From contig CAVVLJ010000020.1 of the NCBI GenBank assembly GCA_963749075.1, positions 352,001 to 416,000 on the forward strand: a DNA stretch of 64,000 nucleotides. The letters run 5' to 3'. The notes below the pieces were generated by a model, which was not told where the DNA came from, did no database searches, and was given only the letters and a program-made list of their open reading frames with translations. This stretch comes from an uncultured Pseudomonadota bacterium. Lineage in GTDB: Bacteria > Pseudomonadota > Alphaproteobacteria > JACZXZ01. The translations under genes and the position numbers were made by a program. This document shows positions 48,447 through 56,546 of the stretch, piece by piece. Position 1 is the stretch's first letter, and each line of letters opens with the position of its first letter.

Positions 48447-49964
48447 ATGGACACGGGCCCCGTCATCCATATCGAGCCGAAGGGCCTTCTTGCCAACCGC
48501 ATGATTCAATATCTGGCGGCGAAAAGACTGCAGGCGCACTGTCGCGGCAGCCGCCTATCCAACGTCAGTCTCCCCGAATGGGACCTCGTGATGCCGCCGC
48601 TCAGTAGCGGCGGAGAGGAAAGGGAGCTGGTGCTGCGCCACGAGGCGCGGGTGCCATTCCGCACCCTGGTCGAGCTGGTGAATGCCGGCGCATTCCAGCG
48701 CGTCGTGATCGCCGAAAACGCGCAACGGATGGACTATCTCGGCGAGCCCGCGGCTTGCGCGCGCGTCTTCCCGCCGAAGGCCACCCCCGCTCCGGTGGCG
48801 GACGACGAGCTCCTCATCCACATCCGCTCCGGCGACGCGGCCGGAGGCATCCAGCACTACCCGCTCGTCCCGGCGGAATTCTATCGCACGTTGAGCGAGC
48901 TGAGCGGGCTCAGGCCCTGCTTCATGGGGCAGCTCGAGAACAACGCGCACTGCGACCGGCTGCGCGAGGGCTTTCCGCACGCGCGGTTCATCGAGACGCA
49001 GGACGTCCTCAGCGACTTCGAGACGATCCGCTCGGCGCGGCACATTGCGATCGCCGTGAGCACCTTCTCCTGGCTCGCCGCCTGGCTGTCGTCGGCGGAG
49101 CGCATTTTCCTCCCCATACTCGGCTTCTTCAATCCGATGCATTTCCCGGGCTGGGGCGACATCGACCTTCTACCGACCGCGGATGCGCGCTACCGCTTCT
49201 TCCTCTTCCCGCTGCATTACGGCCTTTCGCTCGAGGAGGCTCTGCCCTCGCATGCGGAAATCGCCGCCCGTTGCAGGGAGATCTCGCCGCGCCAGGTCGA
49301 TGTCCTGCGCCAGCGCGCGCCCTACGTCCGCGTCGCTCCGTCCGACATCGACTTCAATCCGGTGTGGTACGCGCATGCCTATATCGACGCGGCGATGGAG
49401 ATCAGCGAGGGCTGGTTCGCCGGCCCGCTCGAGCACTATCTCGAGATCGGCTGCCGCCGGGGCTGCCGGCCGATGCCGCCCGGCTTTTCGCAGCGCCGCG
49501 ACCCGGTCGGCCGCGCAGCCGACGTGGCCGCCGGCAGGCCCGCGCAGCAGAGCTCGCTCAGCCCCTGGTCGGTCGGGCGCACCACGGAGGAGGACGCCGG
49601 ACGCGCCTTGCTCGGAGCGCCGCAGGAGCCCTATGCATTTCACACCAACTGGGAGAATTCTCCCTGGTGGCGCGTGGATCTCGAACGGCCCCAGGCAATC
49701 GCGGAGGTCCTCATTGACAATCGTGCGGACGATGTCCTCAATGCTGCGCGCGCCGGTCCGCTGCGCGTCGAGACGTCGATCGATATGGAGACGTGGGCCG
49801 AGCTCTTCACGACACCTCCCGGCTTGATGGGCGGCAGCGGCGGGAGAGCGGTGATTTGGACGGCACCCGCGCCGCGTGTCGCGCGTTTCGTCCGCATCGT
49901 CGTTCCGCGCTGGACCTGCCTCCATCTGCGGCAGGTGCAGATTTTCGCCAGCGCGGCAGGGTGA
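48447..49964 (+). CDS. GT11 (alpha-1,2-fucosyltransferase)-like protein fused to a discoidin/F-type lectin domain
   Basis: GLLANRMIQY, LIHIRSGD, DFETIRSARHIAIAVSTFSWLAAWLS. C-terminal VAAGRPAQQSS, FHT...PWWRVDL...NRAD, LHLRQVQIF. Confidence 0.65.
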   Translation: MDTGPVIHIEPKGLLANRMIQYLAAKRLQAHCRGSRLSNVSLPEWDLVMPPLSSGGEERELVLRHEARVPFRTLVELVNAGAFQRVVIAENAQRMDYLGEPAACARVFPPKATPAPVADDELLIHIRSGDAAGGIQHYPLVPAEFYRTLSELSGLRPCFMGQLENNAHCDRLREGFPHARFIETQDVLSDFETIRSARHIAIAVSTFSWLAAWLSSAERIFLPILGFFNPMHFPGWGDIDLLPTADARYRFFLFPLHYGLSLEEALPSHAEIAARCREISPRQVDVLRQRAPYVRVAPSDIDFNPVWYAHAYIDAAMEISEGWFAGPLEHYLEIGCRRGCRPMPPGFSQRRDPVGRAADVAAGRPAQQSSLSPWSVGRTTEEDAGRALLGAPQEPYAFHTNWENSPWWRVDLERPQAIAEVLIDNRADDVLNAARAGPLRVETSIDMETWAELFTTPPGLMGGSGGRAVIWTAPAPRVARFVRIVVPRWTCLHLRQVQIFASAAG

Positions 49965-50111
49965 GCCGCGCGGGCGGCCGCCGGTCATGCGGCACCGGAG
50001 GCGCCGGCGCGTCCTTCGCTCGCGCCGGATCGGCCGACGCTGTAAAATCCTTTGCTTCGAGCGGCGGAGTCCGATCGCCGGCTCCGGGTGGCAAGTCAAC
50101 GAGAGCGAGCG

Positions 50112-50282
50112 ATGGAGCCGCAGGATACCGGTGATTCCGACAGCGAAGACGCCGTCGAGCCCGAATGGGAGCGGCAGAAGCGGCGCCTGCGCCGCCGCGA
50201 GCTCATCATCACCATCGTCGGTGCGATCTTTTTTCTTATGTCGCTGTTGATCCCATTCGTCACCGGCATGCATCGTCCGTGA
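50112..50282 (+). CDS. small single-TM membrane protein (56 aa)
   Basis: Acidic N-terminus, basic RQKRRLRRR, TM LIITIVGAIFFLMSLLIPFV. A second diverged copy at 51.2 kb keeps the same frame pattern. Confidence 0.55.
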   Translation: MEPQDTGDSDSEDAVEPEWERQKRRLRRRELIITIVGAIFFLMSLLIPFVTGMHRP

Positions 50283-50342
50283 CCCGCGCGGGCGGACGGG
50301 CGCCCGCCGCCCAGCCGCGCGGCGATCTCTGACGAGCCGGCG

Positions 50343-51140
50343 TCACGTGCCGCGCGCTAACGCCGACGAGACCGGGTCGAGCCCGAATAGCACGTGGTCG
50401 ACGGAGTTGGGAAACAGGGTCTCCAAGAGAAAGCTTGGCAAGAGCTTCTGCACGAAGCATCGCGACGTATTCGTGGAATGCAGAATATGCAGGCATATGA
50501 AACTCATATCCGCCACGCCGTACATCCCGAACCGCTCCATGGCGCCCTCGGCGAACACGGCGTCCTCGCGCCAATCCAGATCCGGACACCGCACCTCGTT
50601 CCAGACCGACTTCCTGTACATGAACGAGAACCCGTAGCCGAAAACGGATCCACGCAGGTGCACATTGTTGCTGTCGTCGAAATTGACGAGCTGCACGGGC
50701 TCGTTGCCGAGGACATAATGGGGCCCGACGTGCTGGCACAAGTCGCAATGCGCAAAGATGCCATGGACCTTGCTGAAGATGAAGAAGCTGTCCAGCTTCA
50801 CGAAGCTCGCCTTCTCCTCGAACATGGCGCGGAGCATGTCCAACAGGTAGTGCTTTGCGTAAAAGTCGTCGTCGTCGAAATTTGCGATGATCTCTCCACG
50901 CGCCTGCTCGATGAGGATGTTGCGCTTCATGCCGATGGTGAGGGGTTGCGAGGAATGCCTGTAGATGACGCGCGGGTCGGCAAGTGCCGTCATGAAATCA
51001 CTGGGCGACGGACTGTCGTCCAGGACCAGCCACTCGAAATCGCTCATATGCTGAGCTTTGACGCATTCGTATATGAGCGGCAGGAAATGCTGCCGATTGC
51101 GAGTCGGCGTATTGATGCTGACTAAGGGATTTCCCGCCAT
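50343..51140 (-). CDS. glycosyltransferase family 2
   Basis: PLVSINTPTRNR, EWLVLDDS, IGMKRN, ARGEIIANFDDDDFY, EDAVF. Confidence 0.9.
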   Translation of the reverse strand: MAGNPLVSINTPTRNRQHFLPLIYECVKAQHMSDFEWLVLDDSPSPSDFMTALADPRVIYRHSSQPLTIGMKRNILIEQARGEIIANFDDDDFYAKHYLLDMLRAMFEEKASFVKLDSFFIFSKVHGIFAHCDLCQHVGPHYVLGNEPVQLVNFDDSNNVHLRGSVFGYGFSFMYRKSVWNEVRCPDLDWREDAVFAEGAMERFGMYGVADMSFICLHILHSTNTSRCFVQKLLPSFLLETLFPNSVDHVLFGLDPVSSALARGT

Positions 51141-51208
51141 GCGCGCGACTCAGGGCTCGCTTTAATCGACATTCTCCAGACGACCAAGAAAGGTAACATT
51201 CCGCTGGG

Positions 51209-51325
51209 ATGCCCGGAAGCGAAAAGGCGCCGCCGCGAGCTCATCATCACTATCGTCGGCGCGATCCTGCCGCTCATGTCGCTGGCAATCCCCGTCATCG
51301 GCGGCGCGCACCGCTGGCGACCGGC
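51209..51325 (+). pseudogene. degenerate duplicate of the 50112 membrane-peptide gene
   Basis: RRRELIITIVGAILPLMSLAIPVIGGAHR. ATG at 51209 is one base out of frame, and the position of the paralogue's TGA reads CGA. Confidence 0.5.
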
Positions 51326-51348
51326 AGAGGCAGACGGGGAGCGTCCGC

Positions 51349-52533
51349 TCACGCGCCGAGCGCCCGCTGCGCGTGCTGCAGGTTGCCCAAGACGCGCTCC
51401 CGCTCGCCGGCCGGCAGCTGGGTGCCGTCGAGCAGCATTTGGCAGACGCGCTCCGATTCGCGGTGTTCGCCTATCCAGTAGGTCGCGACCGCATATTCGT
51501 CCCAGTTGAGCCAGTCGTAGCATTCGCCCTCGATGAACAGATAGTCGCTGGCCGGCCGCGGGATTTCGGTGGCGCGCTTGGAGAAGAGATGCGCCAGCGC
51601 GTACCGGTTGCGTTCCCGGTAGAAGCGCGCCAGGCGGACGAGCGGCTCGGCCCGCTGCATGCGGTATTGGTAGGTCTGCAGATAGCACTCGACCACCGTC
51701 GCCTCGGGAAGCCCCAGGCTCTCGCTCAGGCGGGCGATCTGGTAGAGCGAATACCACACCTCTTCGACCCAGCCACCGAGCTCGGCGCGGCGCCGGTAAG
51801 TCTCGAGGGCGTCTTCCGGCCGCCCCATGTCCCTGTAGGTTTGCGCAAGATAGAAGATGTTGCGCGGCTTGAGCAGCCGCGCTTCGCCGAGAGGCTCCTT
51901 GAGATCGGCGCGCTCCGGCTCGTAGGCGGCCTGCCGCTCGAGCTCCTCGAGCGCCTCGAGGTCGCGCGTGAGGAGGGCGATGTCGCGGCTGTATTTCTCC
52001 GGCCTGCTGCTGCCGTCGGCATAGTCCAGGAACTCGATGGCATCGGTCAGCGGGGGGTCGCGGTGGATGTCGGGCGACACGCTGGCGCAATATTCGTGGG
52101 TCGAGCCCCAGTAGCGCCAGCGCCGGCCCCCGGTCAGGCGCGCGTTGACCAGGCGGACGTTGCCGTAGAAAAATCCCCATTGGTTGCGCTGGATGACGAG
52201 ATAGACGTCGGCCGCGAGCTTCTCCTTCCAGGCGGGGTCGCGCACCGTCAAGGTCATGTCCGCGTCGCAAAACAAGAGATAGTCCGCCTTGCCCTCCGCG
52301 AGACGGATCGCCTCGGTGCGATTATGGGCGAAATCGCGCCAGGGCCGCGCGTGGAGCTCGCCCGGAATCCCCCTCAAGTGGTCGAGAACGAGCTGTTGGG
52401 TGCCGTCGCCCGACCCCGTATCGACGATCACCCAGTAGTCGATGAACGGCCGCAGCGAGTCGAGGCAGCGCCCGATGACCCGGGACTCGTTCTTGACGAT
52501 CATGTTCAGGCAGACGCTGCGCTGCTGCGGCAA
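51349..52533 (-). CDS. glycosyltransferase family 2 with C-terminal TPR repeats
   Basis: TTG after GAAGGAG. VCLNMIVKNE, IVDTGSGDGT, FAHNRT, FCDAD, HEY, RNIFYLAQTY, RAEPL TPR helices. Confidence 0.9.
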   Translation of the reverse strand: MPQQRSVCLNMIVKNESRVIGRCLDSLRPFIDYWVIVDTGSGDGTQQLVLDHLRGIPGELHARPWRDFAHNRTEAIRLAEGKADYLLFCDADMTLTVRDPAWKEKLAADVYLVIQRNQWGFFYGNVRLVNARLTGGRRWRYWGSTHEYCASVSPDIHRDPPLTDAIEFLDYADGSSRPEKYSRDIALLTRDLEALEELERQAAYEPERADLKEPLGEARLLKPRNIFYLAQTYRDMGRPEDALETYRRRAELGGWVEEVWYSLYQIARLSESLGLPEATVVECYLQTYQYRMQRAEPLVRLARFYRERNRYALAHLFSKRATEIPRPASDYLFIEGECYDWLNWDEYAVATYWIGEHRESERVCQMLLDGTQLPAGERERVLGNLQHAQRALGA

Positions 52534-52867
52534 TGGGGCTCTCCTTCGGCGGCCGCCGGGGCGAGGGTGCGGCACTCGGCTCGCCCGGACTGGCCCCGGT
52601 CCGGGCTCCCGGGAGCGCGGCGGAAGTCTAGCAGAAGCGGGCATGGCGGCGGCAATGGCGCGCGCGCGGCATGGCAGACCGCCCAACGCCCTGCCGCGCG
52701 CACTTCCGCCAGGATTCCTTCTTGCGCAGCCGCCGCAACTCCCTTAAATTCGCTTAAAATTGATAACATCGACGGCAAGCCCGCATTGCTTGCCAGCCAC
52801 AGCGAGATGGCCCGCGCCAGAGAGATTGCGCGACGGTTCAAGTGGTTAGGGCGTTCGCTAGGGGGCC

Positions 52868-52883
52868 TGGCACAACGGTTGCA
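52868..52883 (+). promoter_or_regulatory. sigma-54 (-24/-12) promoter
   Basis: TGGCAC-AACGG-TTGCA, an exact consensus match, about 175 bp upstream of the FecR-domain gene. Confidence 0.75.
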
Positions 52884-53058
52884 TCTTAAGGCGGGCGATG
52901 AATTGCCGCACTGAATGGGCACCCGGAGCGCAGGCAACTCGGAGGACGGCGTCGCCGCTTCCGGGGAAGCCCGTGGGCTGACGCCCGATCTGTCGGGCGG
53001 CGGCCAGGACGAAGCGTGAAGCGCGCGGGGATCAGCCGCGCCGGCGGGGGAGCAGGGG

Positions 53059-56000
53059 ATGCGCGGGGTCACGTCTCGAAACGCGCTTCGCGAGAGGCTG
53101 TTAGCCGAAGCCGCCCGCTCGGTCTTCGTGGCGCTGCTCGGCCTGGGCGGCGGCGCCGGGTCCGTTGCGGCGGCCCAAGAGACGGTCGGCGTCACCTCCG
53201 CGGTCAATCCGGAGGCGGTGGGTCAGCCGCCGAATGAGCCGGAGAGCACGCTCATCGTCGGCCACGACATCATGCGCAATGAGCGCATCGCCACGAAGGG
53301 CCTGGGTCAGACGCAGATCCTCTTCGTGGACCAGTCGTCGCTGACGGTTGCCCCCAACTCGGAAGTGGTGATCGACGAGTTCGTCTACGACCCGCGCAAG
53401 CAGGCGGGCAACATGGTCGCGAATTTGACCACCGGCCTGCTCCGCTACGTGGGCGGCAAGGTGAGCAAGCAGAAGGACGTCACCTTCATGACGCCTTCGG
53501 CCGCGATCACCGTGCGCGGCGGCATCCTCTTCGTCAAGGTCGGCGCCAACGACCAGGTCACGGCGACCTTCGGCTTCGGCGAGCATATGTGCGTGCTCGC
53601 GGACGGACACAAGGTCTGCACCAACGTGCCCGGCACCTCGGTCGCCGTGCCGGGATCGGGCCAGCCTCCGTCAGCGCCCTTCGCGACCTCGCCTGCCGCC
53701 CTCCAGAGCATGATCGGCGAACTGGAAGGCGACGATCCGAACGCCCTCGCGGCCGTCATCGGCTCGATAGCACCACGAGCCGGGGGCGACCAGGGAAACC
53801 CGGGCCTAGGCGATGCCGGCCCGCCTTCGGGCGGCGGCAATGGGCTGGGCTCTTATTCGAACAGCGGGCCACAGACCTTCATTCCCAACCCGACGCCGAC
53901 GCCCACTCCGACGCCGGCGCCAACTCCTGCTCCGACACCTACGCCGACACCCACGCCGGCGCCGACACCCGCACCCACGCCCACCCCGACGCCCACGCCT
54001 ACTCCTACTCCTACGCCGACGCCGACGCCGACGCCGACACCCACGCCAACGCCAACGCCAACGCCGACCCCGACGCCCACGCCAACGCCAACGCCAACGC
54101 CGTCAAAGCACCACCATCACCACCACCATCACCATTACCAGTTCGAGTACCACCATCATTATTGGTACGACCACCATTGGTACGGCCATAGCGGCTCGTC
54201 GGGCCACAGCGGCTCCTCGGGCTACACCGGTTCCTCTGGACACAGCGGCAGCTCCGGCTTCTCCGGCTCGTCCGGGCACAGCGGGAGCTCCGGCGACAAG
54301 GGCTCGTCCGGGCATAGCGGGAGCTCCGGTGACAAGGGCTCGTCCGGCCATAGCGGCAGCTCCGGCTTCAGCGGCTCGTCCGGGCACAGCGGGAGTTCCG
54401 GCGACAAGGGCTCGTCCGGCCATAGCGGCAGCTCCGGCTTCAGCGGCTCGTCCGGGCACAGCGGGAGTTCCGGCGACAAGGGCTCGTCCGGCCACAGCGG
54501 CAGCTCCGGCTTCAGCGGCTCGTCCGGGCACAGCGGCTACTCCGGCTCCTCGGGCCATAGCGGCAGCTCCGGCTTCTCCGGCTCGTCCGGGCACAGCGGG
54601 AGCTCCGGCGACAAGGGCTCGTCCGGCCATAGCGGCAGCTCCGGCTTCTCCGGCTCGTCCGGGCACAGCGGGAGCTCCGGCGACAAGGGCTCGTCCGGCC
54701 ACAGCGGCAGCTCCGGCTTCAGCGGCTCGTCCGGCCACAGCGGGAGCTCCGGCGACAAGGGCTCGTCTGGCCACAGCGGCAGCTCCGGCTTCAGCGGCTC
54801 GTCCGGCGGCCACAGCGGCAGCTCCGGCTCGAGCGGCTCGTCCGGCGGCCACAGCGGCAGCTCTGGCTCGAGCGGCTCGTCCGGCGGCCACAGCGGCAGC
54901 TCCGGCTCGAGCGGCTCGTCCGGCGGCCACAGCGGCAGCTCCGGCTCGAGCGGCTCGTCTGGCGGCCACAGCGGCAGCTCCGGCTCGAGCGGCTCGTCCG
55001 GCGGCCACAGCGGCAGCTCCGGCTCGAGCGGCTCGTCCGGCGGCCACAGCGGCAGCTCTGGCTCGAGCGGCTCGTCCGGCGGCCACAGCGGCAGCTCCGG
55101 CTCGAGCGGCTCGTCCGGCGGCCACAGCGGCAGCTCCGGCTCGAGCGGCTCGTCTGGCGGCCATAGCGGCAGCTCCGGCTCTAGCGGCTCCTCGGGCTCC
55201 AGCGGCTCGTCCGGCTCCAGCGGCAGCTCCGGCTCGAGCGGCTCGTCTGGCGGCCATAGCGGCAGCTCCGGCTCTAGCGGCTCCTCGGGCTCCAGCGGCT
55301 CGTCCGGCTCCAGCGGCAGCTCCGGCTCGAGCGGCTCGTCTGGCGGCCATAGCGGCAGCTCCGGCTCTAGCGGCTCCTCGGGCTCTAGCGGCTCGTCCGG
55401 CTCCAGCGGCAGCTCCGGCTCGAGCGGCTCGTCTGGCGGCCATAGCGGCAGCTCCGGCTCGAGCGGCTCGTCTGGCGGCCATAGCGGCAGCTCCGGCTCG
55501 AGCGGTGCCTCGGGCTCGAGCGGCTCGTCTGGCGGCCACAGCGGCAGCTCTGGCTCGAGCGGCTCGTCCGGCTCCAGCGGCAGCTCTGGCTCGAGCGGCG
55601 CCTCGGGCTCGAGCGGCTCGTCCGGCTCGAGCGGCAGCTCCGGCTCGAGCGGTGCCTCGGGCTCGAGCGGCTCGTCCGGCGGCCATAGCGGCAGCTCCGG
55701 CTCGAGCGGTGCCTCGGGCTCGAGCGGCTCGTCCGGCGGCCATAGCGGCAGCTCCGGCTCGAGCGGCTCCTCGGGTCACAGCGGCAGCTCGGGCAACGCC
55801 AACAACTTGGGCGCGAGCGGAGACTCCGGCTCGTCGGGCCATAGCGGCAGCTCCGGCTTCAGCGGCTCGTCGGGCCATAGCGGCAGCTCCGGCTTCAGCG
55901 GCTCGTCGGGCCATAGCGGCAGCTCCGGCTCCAGCGGCTCGTCCGGTCATAGCGGCTCGTCGGGCCATAGCGGCTCGTCCGGGCACAGCGGGAGCTCCGG

Positions 56001-56418
56001 CTCCAAGGGCTCGTCGGGCCACAGCGGCTCCTCCGGGGACCACGGCTCGAGCGGCTCGTCAAGCCACAAGGACGGTAAGCACGACTACGACCGTTACACT
56101 TTCCACCGCGGGCACGAGCGCGATCTGCACGACGGCAGCGAGCACTCCAGCGGCTGGTCCGATCATAAGGACGCCAAGCACGACTACGACAAATACACGT
56201 TCCACCGCGGCAAGGACCACGAACGGCACGACAGCGGCGATCACGCCAGCAGCTGGTACCGCGATAAATTCCAGAACTATCTCGACCGCTTCGGGAAGGA
56301 GATGGACCGCTGGAAGAGAGCTGCCGAGGACCACCGCAGATGGCGGACGTGGCGCGAGCACTTCGGCATCTCGAAGGGCAAGCACCACGAGCACGATAAG
56401 GACAAGGAAGGCCACTGA
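53059..56418 (+). CDS. secreted FecR-domain protein with Pro-Thr linker, poly-His, Gly/Ser/His repeats and charged His-rich tail
   Basis: Signal peptide. [51 protein letters not shown] are FecR motifs. The ORF stays open for 1119 aa. Confidence 0.85.
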   Translation: MRGVTSRNALRERLLAEAARSVFVALLGLGGGAGSVAAAQETVGVTSAVNPEAVGQPPNEPESTLIVGHDIMRNERIATKGLGQTQILFVDQSSLTVAPNSEVVIDEFVYDPRKQAGNMVANLTTGLLRYVGGKVSKQKDVTFMTPSAAITVRGGILFVKVGANDQVTATFGFGEHMCVLADGHKVCTNVPGTSVAVPGSGQPPSAPFATSPAALQSMIGELEGDDPNALAAVIGSIAPRAGGDQGNPGLGDAGPPSGGGNGLGSYSNSGPQTFIPNPTPTPTPTPAPTPAPTPTPTPTPAPTPAPTPTPTPTPTPTPTPTPTPTPTPTPTPTPTPTPTPTPTPTPTPSKHHHHHHHHHYQFEYHHHYWYDHHWYGHSGSSGHSGSSGYTGSSGHSGSSGFSGSSGHSGSSGDKGSSGHSGSSGDKGSSGHSGSSGFSGSSGHSGSSGDKGSSGHSGSSGFSGSSGHSGSSGDKGSSGHSGSSGFSGSSGHSGYSGSSGHSGSSGFSGSSGHSGSSGDKGSSGHSGSSGFSGSSGHSGSSGDKGSSGHSGSSGFSGSSGHSGSSGDKGSSGHSGSSGFSGSSGGHSGSSGSSGSSGGHSGSSGSSGSSGGHSGSSGSSGSSGGHSGSSGSSGSSGGHSGSSGSSGSSGGHSGSSGSSGSSGGHSGSSGSSGSSGGHSGSSGSSGSSGGHSGSSGSSGSSGGHSGSSGSSGSSGSSGSSGSSGSSGSSGSSGGHSGSSGSSGSSGSSGSSGSSGSSGSSGSSGGHSGSSGSSGSSGSSGSSGSSGSSGSSGSSGGHSGSSGSSGSSGGHSGSSGSSGASGSSGSSGGHSGSSGSSGSSGSSGSSGSSGASGSSGSSGSSGSSGSSGASGSSGSSGGHSGSSGSSGASGSSGSSGGHSGSSGSSGSSGHSGSSGNANNLGASGDSGSSGHSGSSGFSGSSGHSGSSGFSGSSGHSGSSGSSGSSGHSGSSGHSGSSGHSGSSGSKGSSGHSGSSGDHGSSGSSSHKDGKHDYDRYTFHRGHERDLHDGSEHSSGWSDHKDAKHDYDKYTFHRGKDHERHDSGDHASSWYRDKFQNYLDRFGKEMDRWKRAAEDHRRWRTWREHFGISKGKHHEHDKDKEGH
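53890..54102 (+). repeat. coding (Pro-Thr/Ala)n repeat
   Basis: CCN-ACN hexamer repeats with synonymous variation, about 70 aa. Confidence 0.92.
54184..56063 (+). repeat. coding Gly-Ser-His tandem repeats (9/18/36/39/72-bp periodicities)
   Basis: SSGHSG alternating with [12 protein letters not shown], then the 13-aa unit [13 protein letters not shown], then SSG/ASG runs. Confidence 0.95.
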
Positions 56419-56546
56419 GGCCGCCCCGCCTTCCTGACCTGCTTGCCGAGTGCCGAGTGTTGCCGCGCCGGCAAGCGGGCTCGGTTCATTGAGCTCGCAG
56501 CGATTGCGTGGCTCGCAAGGGGCCGCACTTCGCCCTGCGCCGGCGG

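Noticed and set aside
52744-52767. CtrA box or IHF site
   Set aside because: TTAA-N6-TTAA does not match the N7 spacing, and the IHF consensus match is incomplete.
54184-56063. CRISPR or non-coding satellite; alternative Ala/Arg-rich ORFs 53813..56437 (+) and 54103..56043 (-)
   Set aside because: Variation is concentrated at third codon positions of the Gly/Ser frame, which is continuous with the FecR domain. The other frames are shadows.
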